From: a bacterium
GTDB lineage: Bacteria > Zhuqueibacterota > Zhuqueibacteria > Oceanimicrobiales > Oceanimicrobiaceae
Assembly: GCA_046758365.1 (NCBI GenBank)
Contig: JBHIAC010000002.1
Location: 1-64,000, forward strand
Direction: 5' to 3'
DNA: 64,000 nt
A program made the position numbers and the translations under genes. A model generated the notes under the pieces. It was not told the DNA's origin, made no database searches, and saw only the letters and a list, made by a program, of their open reading frames with translations. How positions within the stretch are numbered: the stretch's first letter is position 1; every line of letters begins with the position of its first letter. Below are positions 39,643 through 48,891 of this stretch, piece by piece.

Positions 39643-41775
39643 TTATTTTTTATGCTGATTTAAATTGTTAATGTTATTTAGACTGGCTTGAGAACCCATT
39701 ATCAAGATCGAATCACCGTATTTGAAACGATAATCCGGTTTGGGTGGAATTACATTCTGTTTTTCTTTTTTTTCAGCATCATAGTTCTGCTTGATCAGTA
39801 CTACTTCTGTACCAAAACGACTGCGTAAATTTAACTCTCGCAGTGTTTTATTTACAAACTCTCCCGGAATCTCAATCTCACATAAGATTTGTCCATCCAG
39901 CAATTCAATCCGCTTGAACTTACGTAGAGAACCAATGTAACTGGAAACGGAGGTAACCATGTCTCGTTTAAATACTTCTTTGTTATAGACCTCAATCACA
40001 TCATTTTTAGAAATTGTTCCAATTAACTGCTTTTCATTCTTTCCACTTACGACCGGTAATTCATCAATATTCATTTCACCAAAAGCTTTCATAACAATGT
40101 CAAGCGTATCATTAGGGGTAAAGTAATGGCGTATTGGCGTCAATAGATCATAGGCAACCAGAACATGTTCAAGTACATCGGATTCATAGATAATTCTTCG
40201 CACATCATGGATGGAAATCACGCCTAATAAATGATTTTGACTGTCAACCACAAAAAAGTTCGGGTGAGGGCTGCTGACGGTTAAATCCATTAATTTGCGG
40301 AATGGGGTATCTGCATGGACTCGCTCGTAATCTGATTTCATTACTTTTGCCACTTGCAGCGAATTTAATACATTGATTTCTTGACCTTGGAAAATATTGA
40401 TACCCCGGCGGGATAGTTTTAGAGTATAAATAGAATCTTTTTTCAATCGAGTAGTAATTAAAGCGCTGATGATGCAGGTAATCATCAGAGGAAGAATTAT
40501 TCGATAATCATTGGTTAATTCAAAAATAATCAGGATTGATGTAATAGGGGCGTGCATGGCCCCGGCGGCTACGGCCCCCATTCCCACCAATGCATAAGCG
40601 CCGGAGGATGCCGTATGCATGGGAACAAGCGTATGAACAATGGTCCCCATGAAACCACCGAGGTTTGCACCTAAAAATAAAGAAGGAGCAAAAATCCCTC
40701 CCGATCCACCGGAACCAATAGTAATTGAGGTAGCAACGACCTTCAGAGCGACTAGGAACAATAAAAAATACCAGACCAATTGACCGTTCAATGCCAGGCT
40801 TATGGTATCGTAACCAACTCCGAATATATGCGGGAAATAAATCGCTATTAGTCCAATGAGTAAGCCTCCAAGTACAGGTTTTAAGAATTCTGGTATGCGA
40901 AGGATTTCAAATATATCTTCGGTTTTATATAACAGATTGATAAAAGCCAGGGCCACGAATGCCGCCAAAACCCCTAAGATTACATAAGGAATCATTTCGA
41001 AGATGCTTACCAGTTCATAATGGGGAATCACAAAGGCGGAAAAATCACCTAAAAAATGACGTGATACCACAGTAGCAGTAACTGATGAAACCACAATTGG
41101 GCTGAATTGAGAAATGCCAAAATCACTGAGAATAATTTCCATCGCGAAAAGAGCACCGGCTATCGGCGCATTAAAAGTAGCTGCAATCCCGGCAGCCGTT
41201 CCACAAGCCACAAAAGTCCGCAAACGGGAACCGGTCACTTTGAGAACCTGCCCTAACATGGAACCAATAGCAGAACCAATCTGAACGATTGGCCCTTCAC
41301 GTCCAACCGAGCCACCCGACCCAATACATACCGCTGATGCGGTGACTTTGGCAAACATCACACGAGGACGAATAGCGCCTCCACGCAGCACAATCGACTC
41401 CATAACCTCAGGTACCCCATGACCTTTTGCCTCCCGCGCAAAATAAAACACAATTGGGCCAACAATTAATCCGCCCATTGCTGGTGCAATAAGCTTAACA
41501 TACCAGGGTAGTTGTAACGAATACTCCAAGGTATATTGCCAGGAGCCAAAAAAGACTCCTTGAAAAAATCGAATGGCAAAGCGAAAAAAGATTGCTCCAA
41601 ATCCACCCATAATTCCAATTACTACGGCAACCACCACCATAAAGGTATGTTCAGTCATGCGTAATCGTTGTAGTTCATCTACAATAAAATGTTGCCAGAA
41701 CTTCGTAAACGTGTGAATATGAGAAGATATTGACATCTCAAATATCTTAATTGAAATAAAATGTTGATAAATCAA
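39643..41775 (-). CDS. CLC chloride channel/antiporter with CBS pair and TrkA-C (RCK-C) domain
   Basis: 'GHGVPEV', 'GSVGREGP', 'GGIFAPSL', CBS repeats, and 'FVNKTLRELNLRSRFG'. Start uncertain, possibly 41736. Confidence 0.92.
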   Translation of the reverse strand: MIYQHFISIKIFEMSISSHIHTFTKFWQHFIVDELQRLRMTEHTFMVVVAVVIGIMGGFGAIFFRFAIRFFQGVFFGSWQYTLEYSLQLPWYVKLIAPAMGGLIVGPIVFYFAREAKGHGVPEVMESIVLRGGAIRPRVMFAKVTASAVCIGSGGSVGREGPIVQIGSAIGSMLGQVLKVTGSRLRTFVACGTAAGIAATFNAPIAGALFAMEIILSDFGISQFSPIVVSSVTATVVSRHFLGDFSAFVIPHYELVSIFEMIPYVILGVLAAFVALAFINLLYKTEDIFEILRIPEFLKPVLGGLLIGLIAIYFPHIFGVGYDTISLALNGQLVWYFLLFLVALKVVATSITIGSGGSGGIFAPSLFLGANLGGFMGTIVHTLVPMHTASSGAYALVGMGAVAAGAMHAPITSILIIFELTNDYRIILPLMITCIISALITTRLKKDSIYTLKLSRRGINIFQGQEINVLNSLQVAKVMKSDYERVHADTPFRKLMDLTVSSPHPNFFVVDSQNHLLGVISIHDVRRIIYESDVLEHVLVAYDLLTPIRHYFTPNDTLDIVMKAFGEMNIDELPVVSGKNEKQLIGTISKNDVIEVYNKEVFKRDMVTSVSSYIGSLRKFKRIELLDGQILCEIEIPGEFVNKTLRELNLRSRFGTEVVLIKQNYDAEKKEKQNVIPPKPDYRFKYGDSILIMGSQASLNNINNLNQHKK

Positions 41776-41856
41776 CTATAAATAAAACTTAACATCCTCT
41801 TTTCTATCTTTGTACATGATATCGTAAATGACAGCGATTTTATCAAACTCGTTCAT
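41776..41856 (-). pseudogene. 26-aa fragment resembling a SAM-methyltransferase N-terminus, or a uORF
   Basis: MNEFDKIAVIYDIMYKDRKEDVKFYL*; its TAG is in frame with, and directly abuts, the CLC ORF. Confidence 0.4.
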
Positions 41857-41892
41857 TTTAGATTTAGCTAAATTGTTTAGATAAAAAAGTAA

Positions 41893-42003
41893 TTAATGAC
41901 GTAGGTGCAATTAAGGTAAGACGCTAAATATTTTAATTTGAAAATATTGACTTTACAATTGCTAATAGTTGAAATTATTCCGTTTTTGCACCAACGTCAT
42001 TAA
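41893..42003. mobile_element. MITE-like element, copy L
   Basis: Terminal inverted repeats ttaatgacgtaggtgcaa / ttgcaccaacgtcattaa; homologous to 52766-52860. Confidence 0.65.
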
Positions 42004-42169
42004 TGAATTATTTTTCTAAAACATACTAATAAAATTTAAAATATCAAAATAAAATTTACTACTAGATATGAGACTTTCTACCCTATTTTGAAGGATCTCA
42101 GGTTTTGTAAGTTTTGGAAAACAATTATTGTTCTTTAAAAGAGTCCTGCCTGGTTAGCATGGTTTGAAT

Positions 42170-45100
42170 TTACTTCCGCACTACCACGTCATATACCATA
42201 GGAATTACTACCAATGTGAGGAGGGTGCCCACAAGTAAACCGCCGATAACAGTAATAGCCATAGGGGTGCGCAGTTCCGCACCTTCGCCGAAACCCAGAG
42301 CCATGGGTAAAAGGCCGAGTACGGTGGTGAGGGTGGTCATGAGAATGGGCCGCAAACGAACCTGGCCAGCTTGTTTAATGGCCTCGCGTTTGGCCAGGCC
42401 CTGCTTTCGCAGCTTGTTGATATAGTCAATTAGGACAATGGCATTGTTTACCACAATCCCAGCCAGCATGATGAGTCCAATGAGCACAACGACACTGATG
42501 GGTGTCCTGGTTATAAGCAGTGTGAGGATTACACCGATAAGGGCAAAGGGTATAGTGAACATAATGATGAACGGCTGCACCAGCGACTCAAACTGCGAAG
42601 CCATGACTAAATAGACCAGAAAAATAGCCAGAGCTATGGCCAGTTTCATGCTGTCGAACGAGGTCACCATTTCCCGCTGCTGTCCGCCGATGCGCACACG
42701 GAAATCGGGCGGCAGTTCCAGTTTATCGATGATTTTTTGAATGTCCTCGGAGACACTCCCCAGGTCTCGCCCTTTGAGATTAGCCGTCACCAGCGCTACC
42801 CGTTCCTGATCAATGCGTCGGATTTCACTTGGCCCGCGTTCCAATTTCACATCTGCCACCGTAGATAGAGGAATGGGCACGGAGCCCGTGGAATTGACCA
42901 CCAGTCGGCGCAGATCTTCCACGTTGTTGCGGTCCTCTTCGCGGGCGCGCACACGGATATCTACTTTGCGGTCCTGGCGATTTAACTCGGTTGAAACTTC
43001 TCCCAGAACTTTATTGCGCACAATGTTACCAATGGTTGCGATGTCCAGACCGGCCTGAGCCACCCGACGACGGTTGAAAACGATCTGCACCTCGGGATTG
43101 CCGCCTTCGGTGCTGGATTTGACGTCACGCAAGCCTGGGAGGTTTCGAATCTCCTGCGCCAAGGTCAGACTCAGCCGCTCTAATTCCTGCAAATTATAGC
43201 CGCGAACTTCCACTTCAACCGGGGTTTTGAAACTGAAAAGGGTGGGACGGGATATTTTATATTCAACACCTGGTAAAGCTATAAATTTGTTTCGCAAATC
43301 ATCCATGACCCGTTGCTCAGCTTCACGGTCGTTTCTCCGCAGCAGACGGATATGCAATTGCCCAAGATTTTCACGCAATTCCGTCGCGCTGAACCCCATC
43401 TGTGCGGCGGTCCCGGAAACCGTATAGACGTTGGAAACGCCCGGCACTTCCTGCGCCCTGGAGGCCATCTGAGCCACTACCTCTTCGGTTTTCTCCAGCG
43501 GCGTCCCAATAGGCAAAAGAATATCCACGAAAAATTCACCCTGACTCATCTCAGGGATAAGCTCACTACCGAGAAATGGCACACTGACCAGAGCAAGAAT
43601 AAAAAGCAGCAACGTGCTTCCCAGAAACTTCGCACGTTGCTGGAGTACATTATCAAGAAATCTGGGATAGCGCTTGGTCAAAAGCTGCAAAGCTGCGTCA
43701 AAAGCCGCGTAAACGGGTTTCAGCAGCCGGTTTAGAACTTGTCCCACAGTTGCAAAAATTCCTCGAATCTGGTTGTAAAGGAAGGCCGGGGTATCGAGGG
43801 AAATGCGTGCCCAAAATTTTTTAATTTTACCTTTACTCTCAGATGTGGTTTCAACGTACGCTTGATCCGGAGACAGCATGGGTTGAAATTGCCGGGAGGC
43901 TAACATGGGAATAAATGTCAAGGCCACCAGAAGAGAAGCCGTCAGGGAAAAGGTTACGGTGAGCGCCTGATCATTAAACAATTGTCCAGCGATGCCTTCC
44001 ACAAAAATAATCGGCACAAACACACACACCGTGGTCAGAGTCGAGGCGATGACCGCCTGGCCGACCTCACATGTGCCCTTATCGGCGGCGTCTGCCTGGG
44101 CATGCTCGCGCTTGCGATATCGGTCGATCGATTCCAGCACCACAATGGCATTATCCACCAGCATCCCCACACCTAAGGCCAATCCCCCTAACGACATGAT
44201 GTTGAGCGAGACATTGGCCAGATACATGAAAAAGAAAGTCGCGACAATGGAAATCGGAATGACCAAACTGATGATAAGGGTGCTTTTCAGACTGCGAAGG
44301 AAAAGATACAGCACCAGCATCGCGAGAATGCCTCCCCAGATAGCCGTGTTTAAAACTTCATCCACCGAGTTCTCAATAAAAAGGGATTGATCGTTCACGA
44401 TGGTCATGGTTAAAGGTACATTGAATTGCTGGAACTCCTGCATGATTTCCTGCAGTCGCTCTTTCACCCGCTTTGCTACCGTGACCGTATTTTTATCAGC
44501 TTCTTTGTAGACCGCGATCTCCACCGACTCTTTGCCGTTGAGATGGGTGATCACTTTCCGTTCCTTATGGCCTTTACGAATTTCTGCCACATCTTTCAGC
44601 AAGATAGGTACCTGACTGCGCATACCAACGACAATATCTCGCATTTCGTCGACGTTCTGGAATTCGTTCAGGGTGCGGACCAGGAATTCGGCTTCACCCT
44701 CCTTGAGTGTGCCGCCTGTGAGATTGACGTTTTCTTGCGCCATGCGCTGCGTAACCAGGGTAATGGGTATACCGAGAGTTGCGAGCCGGCTTTCATGAAC
44801 GTTTATTTGAATTTCCTCTTCTAATCCTCCAGATACCTGAATGGAAGCTACCCCATCCAATGATTCTAATTCTTGTTTGATACGCTCTTCAGCGAACAAT
44901 CTCAGGGCGATCAGGCTTTCCTCGCCCGCAAGTCCGATGCGCATAATGGGATCCAACGATGGATCGAAGCGTAACAGGATAGGAGGTTCGGCATCCTTGG
45001 GAAGTACGAGCATATCTAACTTTTCACGTACATCCAAAGAGGCAAAATCCATGTCGGTTTTCCAGTCGAACTCTATGATAACATCAGACATACCAGGACG

Positions 45101-45352
45101 GGAGATAGAACTGGTGCGCACCACACCTGAAATAACGCCGACCGCCTCTTCAATCGGTTCAGAAAGGAGATTTTCGACTTCGCCCGGAGCGGTTCCCGGG
45201 TATTCTGTGCGAATGGTCAAGGTTGGGTAGGAAATATCCGGCAGAAGATTTATGGGCAGCCGGTCAAAGGCCACAAAGCCAAATACCCCGGCTGCCACCA
45301 TAAACATTAATATTGTAACCGGACGAGTTATTGAGAAGTTTACTATTTTCAT
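42170..45352 (-). CDS. RND efflux permease, second subunit of a tandem pair
   Basis: 'GMLVDNAIVVLE' and 'RLRPILMTT'. Confidence 0.95.
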   Translation of the reverse strand: MKIVNFSITRPVTILMFMVAAGVFGFVAFDRLPINLLPDISYPTLTIRTEYPGTAPGEVENLLSEPIEEAVGVISGVVRTSSISRPGMSDVIIEFDWKTDMDFASLDVREKLDMLVLPKDAEPPILLRFDPSLDPIMRIGLAGEESLIALRLFAEERIKQELESLDGVASIQVSGGLEEEIQINVHESRLATLGIPITLVTQRMAQENVNLTGGTLKEGEAEFLVRTLNEFQNVDEMRDIVVGMRSQVPILLKDVAEIRKGHKERKVITHLNGKESVEIAVYKEADKNTVTVAKRVKERLQEIMQEFQQFNVPLTMTIVNDQSLFIENSVDEVLNTAIWGGILAMLVLYLFLRSLKSTLIISLVIPISIVATFFFMYLANVSLNIMSLGGLALGVGMLVDNAIVVLESIDRYRKREHAQADAADKGTCEVGQAVIASTLTTVCVFVPIIFVEGIAGQLFNDQALTVTFSLTASLLVALTFIPMLASRQFQPMLSPDQAYVETTSESKGKIKKFWARISLDTPAFLYNQIRGIFATVGQVLNRLLKPVYAAFDAALQLLTKRYPRFLDNVLQQRAKFLGSTLLLFILALVSVPFLGSELIPEMSQGEFFVDILLPIGTPLEKTEEVVAQMASRAQEVPGVSNVYTVSGTAAQMGFSATELRENLGQLHIRLLRRNDREAEQRVMDDLRNKFIALPGVEYKISRPTLFSFKTPVEVEVRGYNLQELERLSLTLAQEIRNLPGLRDVKSSTEGGNPEVQIVFNRRRVAQAGLDIATIGNIVRNKVLGEVSTELNRQDRKVDIRVRAREEDRNNVEDLRRLVVNSTGSVPIPLSTVADVKLERGPSEIRRIDQERVALVTANLKGRDLGSVSEDIQKIIDKLELPPDFRVRIGGQQREMVTSFDSMKLAIALAIFLVYLVMASQFESLVQPFIIMFTIPFALIGVILTLLITRTPISVVVLIGLIMLAGIVVNNAIVLIDYINKLRKQGLAKREAIKQAGQVRLRPILMTTLTTVLGLLPMALGFGEGAELRTPMAITVIGGLLVGTLLTLVVIPMVYDVVVRK

Positions 45353-45434
45353 ATTTGTTAAGCCTTTATTTTATATTTGGTATAACCAATCAAATCTTCG
45401 TTTCTTTTGCATAAATATTTTGTTTTTAATACTC

Positions 45435-45499
45435 ATTGCTCAACTGTTCCATTGCTCTATTGTTAAATTGTTTGTGTAGTAACAATGCAACATTGCAGC
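45435..45499. repeat. Inverted array of degenerate 8-nt repeats between the RND genes
   Basis: attgctca-actgttcc-attgctct-attgttaa-attgtt ... aacaatgc-aacattgc. Confidence 0.6.
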
Positions 45500-45571
45500 T
45501 CGCTACTCTATGTTTATTCAAACCTTTACCCATATACCCTCCATACTATTTGACTTCTTGTATCCTTGATA

Positions 45572-48500
45572 CTATGATTCCGTTACTTTCCCCAAACCAG
45601 TGCGCATAGCCAGAGCCTTTGCCCAAATGCGGGAAATCCAATGAACGAGATCATCTAGCATGACATACACAATTGGCATGAGGAAAAGCGTCAGCGGTGT
45701 ACTGGTTAACAGTCCGCCGACAACTGCTAAACCAACAGGTGAGTACATGGCGGCGCGTCCTTCCTGTGGGCCAAAAATGCCAGGAAACATGGCTGGAATA
45801 ACCAACGGCATAAGACCAATTATAGTGGTTAGGGTAGTCATTAAAATTGGCCGTAGACGATTCCGACCTCCAATTCGGATGGCCTCACTGCGAGGCAGCC
45901 CTTTGCGCCGCAATTTGTTGATGGCATCTATCAGGATGATGCCGTTATTTACCACCAGCCCACATACAACAATAATTCCTAAATAAGCCATATTTGTTAA
46001 ATTCGTATTCGTCGCCCAGAACATAAAGAGCACGCCAATGATGGCAAAAGGGACCGTGAATAAAATAGTGAAAGGATGTATCAAGGATTCAAATAGCGAA
46101 GCCATAACGATATAAACCAATATAAGTGCAATGATAATCGCAAAAGATGATTCAGACTCCATTTGTCGCATCAGCATCCAGTTACGGCCTAAACTCCAGG
46201 CGTACCCCGGGGGTAGTTTAATAGAGGCCATGCGGGCACTAATTTCCTGACTCACGCTCCACATCCCGCTTCGGTCTGTGTTAGCAAATACTGAAATCGT
46301 GGTTTGTCGGTCTTCCCGCTTAATAGACTCTGGGCCTTTGCGTAGATTAAAATTAGCCACTGACCCTAGCTGAACCATTTCATCCCGACTGTTTTGGAAG
46401 GCCATATTTTCTAACTGCTGCAGACTCATCCGATCTTCTTCCGCTAATTGCACAAGAATATCCACCTCTTTGTCCTGGGTTTTAAATCGCGAGTTTGCTC
46501 GACTGCTCAAAGCAGAGGCCACTGATCTGGCCACTTGTTGCGCAGAAAGGCCATACTTTTGTGCTCGTACTCGATCCACGCTGATGCGGACTTCTTCATC
46601 ACCTCTTTCCATGGATGTGTCAATGTCTTTGATTCCCGGGACATCCTGGAGAAGAGTTTTAATTTCTTCGGCATAGGTCGCCAGAATTGCGGCGTTTTTA
46701 CCCTTCAATTCAACGCTCACACCCATCTCATTACCCCCATGACCGTGCATACGACCAACTTTGAACTGCACACCAGGAATCTCTGGTAGCACGGCACGAA
46801 CATCATCGTATAATTCGGTGGTGTTCTTTTTAGCCTGCTCTTCAGGGGTAAAATAAACGGTCAATCGGCCACGGTTTTTTCTGAAGTTGCTGGCGACTTG
46901 ATAAATTTCTAAACTGTCTTTTTTAGCCAGGAGGATAGATTCCACGGTATCATAAAGTGCTTGTACTTCCTCTATTGAAAAACTTCGCGGCATTTCCACA
47001 TTCAAATCCATTCGGCGTTCGGGTGTGCGTGGTATCCAATCGCGATCAATACTCCCGTAGAGTTTCCAGGCACCCCAGCCAATTGCAAAGAAAACCAGCA
47101 GGGCTGCAAAGCGATATTTGATTACCTTTTGGATACTGAGGCCATAAGCATCGCCCATACGAACTAAAAAGTGAGCTCGCGGCTTTTCTTTACCAGTAAA
47201 GATGTGTGATGCTGCTAATGGGATCAAAGTAAGGCTGATTATCAAGCTTGCCAGAGTTGCGGTAACAATAGCAACGCCAAAGTCATTCATAAAACGCCCC
47301 ATACCTGAATTAGACATAAAAACGAGCGGTACAAAAACAATAACGGTGGTAAACGTAGCTGAAATTACTGCGACCGAGACTTCCTGCGCTCCAACAATAG
47401 CTGCTTTGCGGGCCTCCAATCCCTCCTCCTGTTTATGGCGGAAAATGTTTTCCAATACCACAACCGCCGGATCTACCAACATGCCAACGGCAAACATGAG
47501 ACCGGAGAGAGATACTAGGTTCAAAGTAATCTGGGAGTTGAATGGGACAAGTCGTAAAATATACATGAGTAAAAACGTGGTAATCACCGAAATCGGGATC
47601 GCAACTCCAATGATTACTGTACTGCGAATCTTACGTAAAAACAGGAATAGCATTAATGTTGCTAATAAAGCTCCAAAAAGTCCCGCCCAGGTCAGATTTT
47701 TCAAGCTATCCAAAATGTCCTCCGATTGATCACGAAATATCTGCATATTGAGACGGCTAAACTCGGGCTCGCTCTGTAATCTCTTTAACAATTTTTTGAC
47801 ACTCTGGGCGACATCTACCACGTTGGCCGTAGAAGATTTGTAAACACTGAGCACAACCGCATCATGTCGGTTCAGATGCTGAAAACTCTTTTTTTCCGGG
47901 TAATCAAACTTGACCTCGGCCACATCTCTTAACACGAGATTTGTGTTTTCAATGGGGACTTGCGAAATCTCCTCGATGGTCTGAAACTCACCCATTGTGC
48001 GAACTGTGTATTTGCGTCCGGCATCAATGACGTACCCTCCAGCAATGTTGATGTTATTGGAACGCAGACTTCGGGATAAATTATAGACATCGATATGGTG
48101 CGCTCGCATGCGCTCCAAATCGAGTTCAACCAGCACCTGACGTTCGTCCATTCCGCCAATTTCTACATTTGCTACGCCATCGACACGCTGAATTCTGGGT
48201 ACAATGATTTTATTTACCAGATCGTACAACTCATCGTTTGGACCCCCCCAGGCCAGGCTGAATTGTAAAATCGGTATATCGGTTGTTTGCCAGCGCCGAA
48301 TTTGAATGCGATCTACATCATCAGGTAGTTGCGGACGAACCCGGTCCAGACGATCGCGCACTTCCACCGAAGCTAAACCCATATCTGTACCATCCAAAAA
48401 TTCCAGACGAATGCTGCTGTTGTTTGCGGAGGAAGTTGAGCTAATTTCATCAAGATTTGAAACCGTCCCCATGATTTCTTCAATTGGACGAGTGATAAGA

Positions 48501-48682
48501 CTTTCAACTTCCTGAGGAGAAGAAGAAACATAAGGAACAGATATTCTCAAATGAGATGAGGAAAAATCTGGTAGAAACGTGAGCGGTAGCCGCTGCAATG
48601 CTAAAGCCCCGAGGACGATGATGCTCAAGATTGCCATGAGCATGGTAATAGGCTTTTTTACTGAAAATTCAGATATATTCAT
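45572..48682 (-). CDS. RND efflux permease, first subunit of a tandem pair
   Basis: 'GMLVDPAVVVLEN' and 'RLRPILMTT'. Confidence 0.93.
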   Translation of the reverse strand: MNISEFSVKKPITMLMAILSIIVLGALALQRLPLTFLPDFSSSHLRISVPYVSSSPQEVESLITRPIEEIMGTVSNLDEISSTSSANNSSIRLEFLDGTDMGLASVEVRDRLDRVRPQLPDDVDRIQIRRWQTTDIPILQFSLAWGGPNDELYDLVNKIIVPRIQRVDGVANVEIGGMDERQVLVELDLERMRAHHIDVYNLSRSLRSNNINIAGGYVIDAGRKYTVRTMGEFQTIEEISQVPIENTNLVLRDVAEVKFDYPEKKSFQHLNRHDAVVLSVYKSSTANVVDVAQSVKKLLKRLQSEPEFSRLNMQIFRDQSEDILDSLKNLTWAGLFGALLATLMLFLFLRKIRSTVIIGVAIPISVITTFLLMYILRLVPFNSQITLNLVSLSGLMFAVGMLVDPAVVVLENIFRHKQEEGLEARKAAIVGAQEVSVAVISATFTTVIVFVPLVFMSNSGMGRFMNDFGVAIVTATLASLIISLTLIPLAASHIFTGKEKPRAHFLVRMGDAYGLSIQKVIKYRFAALLVFFAIGWGAWKLYGSIDRDWIPRTPERRMDLNVEMPRSFSIEEVQALYDTVESILLAKKDSLEIYQVASNFRKNRGRLTVYFTPEEQAKKNTTELYDDVRAVLPEIPGVQFKVGRMHGHGGNEMGVSVELKGKNAAILATYAEEIKTLLQDVPGIKDIDTSMERGDEEVRISVDRVRAQKYGLSAQQVARSVASALSSRANSRFKTQDKEVDILVQLAEEDRMSLQQLENMAFQNSRDEMVQLGSVANFNLRKGPESIKREDRQTTISVFANTDRSGMWSVSQEISARMASIKLPPGYAWSLGRNWMLMRQMESESSFAIIIALILVYIVMASLFESLIHPFTILFTVPFAIIGVLFMFWATNTNLTNMAYLGIIVVCGLVVNNGIILIDAINKLRRKGLPRSEAIRIGGRNRLRPILMTTLTTIIGLMPLVIPAMFPGIFGPQEGRAAMYSPVGLAVVGGLLTSTPLTLFLMPIVYVMLDDLVHWISRIWAKALAMRTGLGKVTES

Positions 48683-48891
48683 ATTTCTCCATTGGTATTA
48701 TGATTTTTAAGAAATATTTTGACTTTCTCATCAATACCTTGATTCTCTTCGAGCTTCTGCGACAATACAGGATTAACTAAAAAACTTATACTTAGAAATA
48801 AAGAAATAATCAGGAAATTAAAGTTAATTTCTTTTTTCATTTTAATCTCCAATCGAACTATCAGTTTTCAACTTGCTTAAGACTAGCATAG

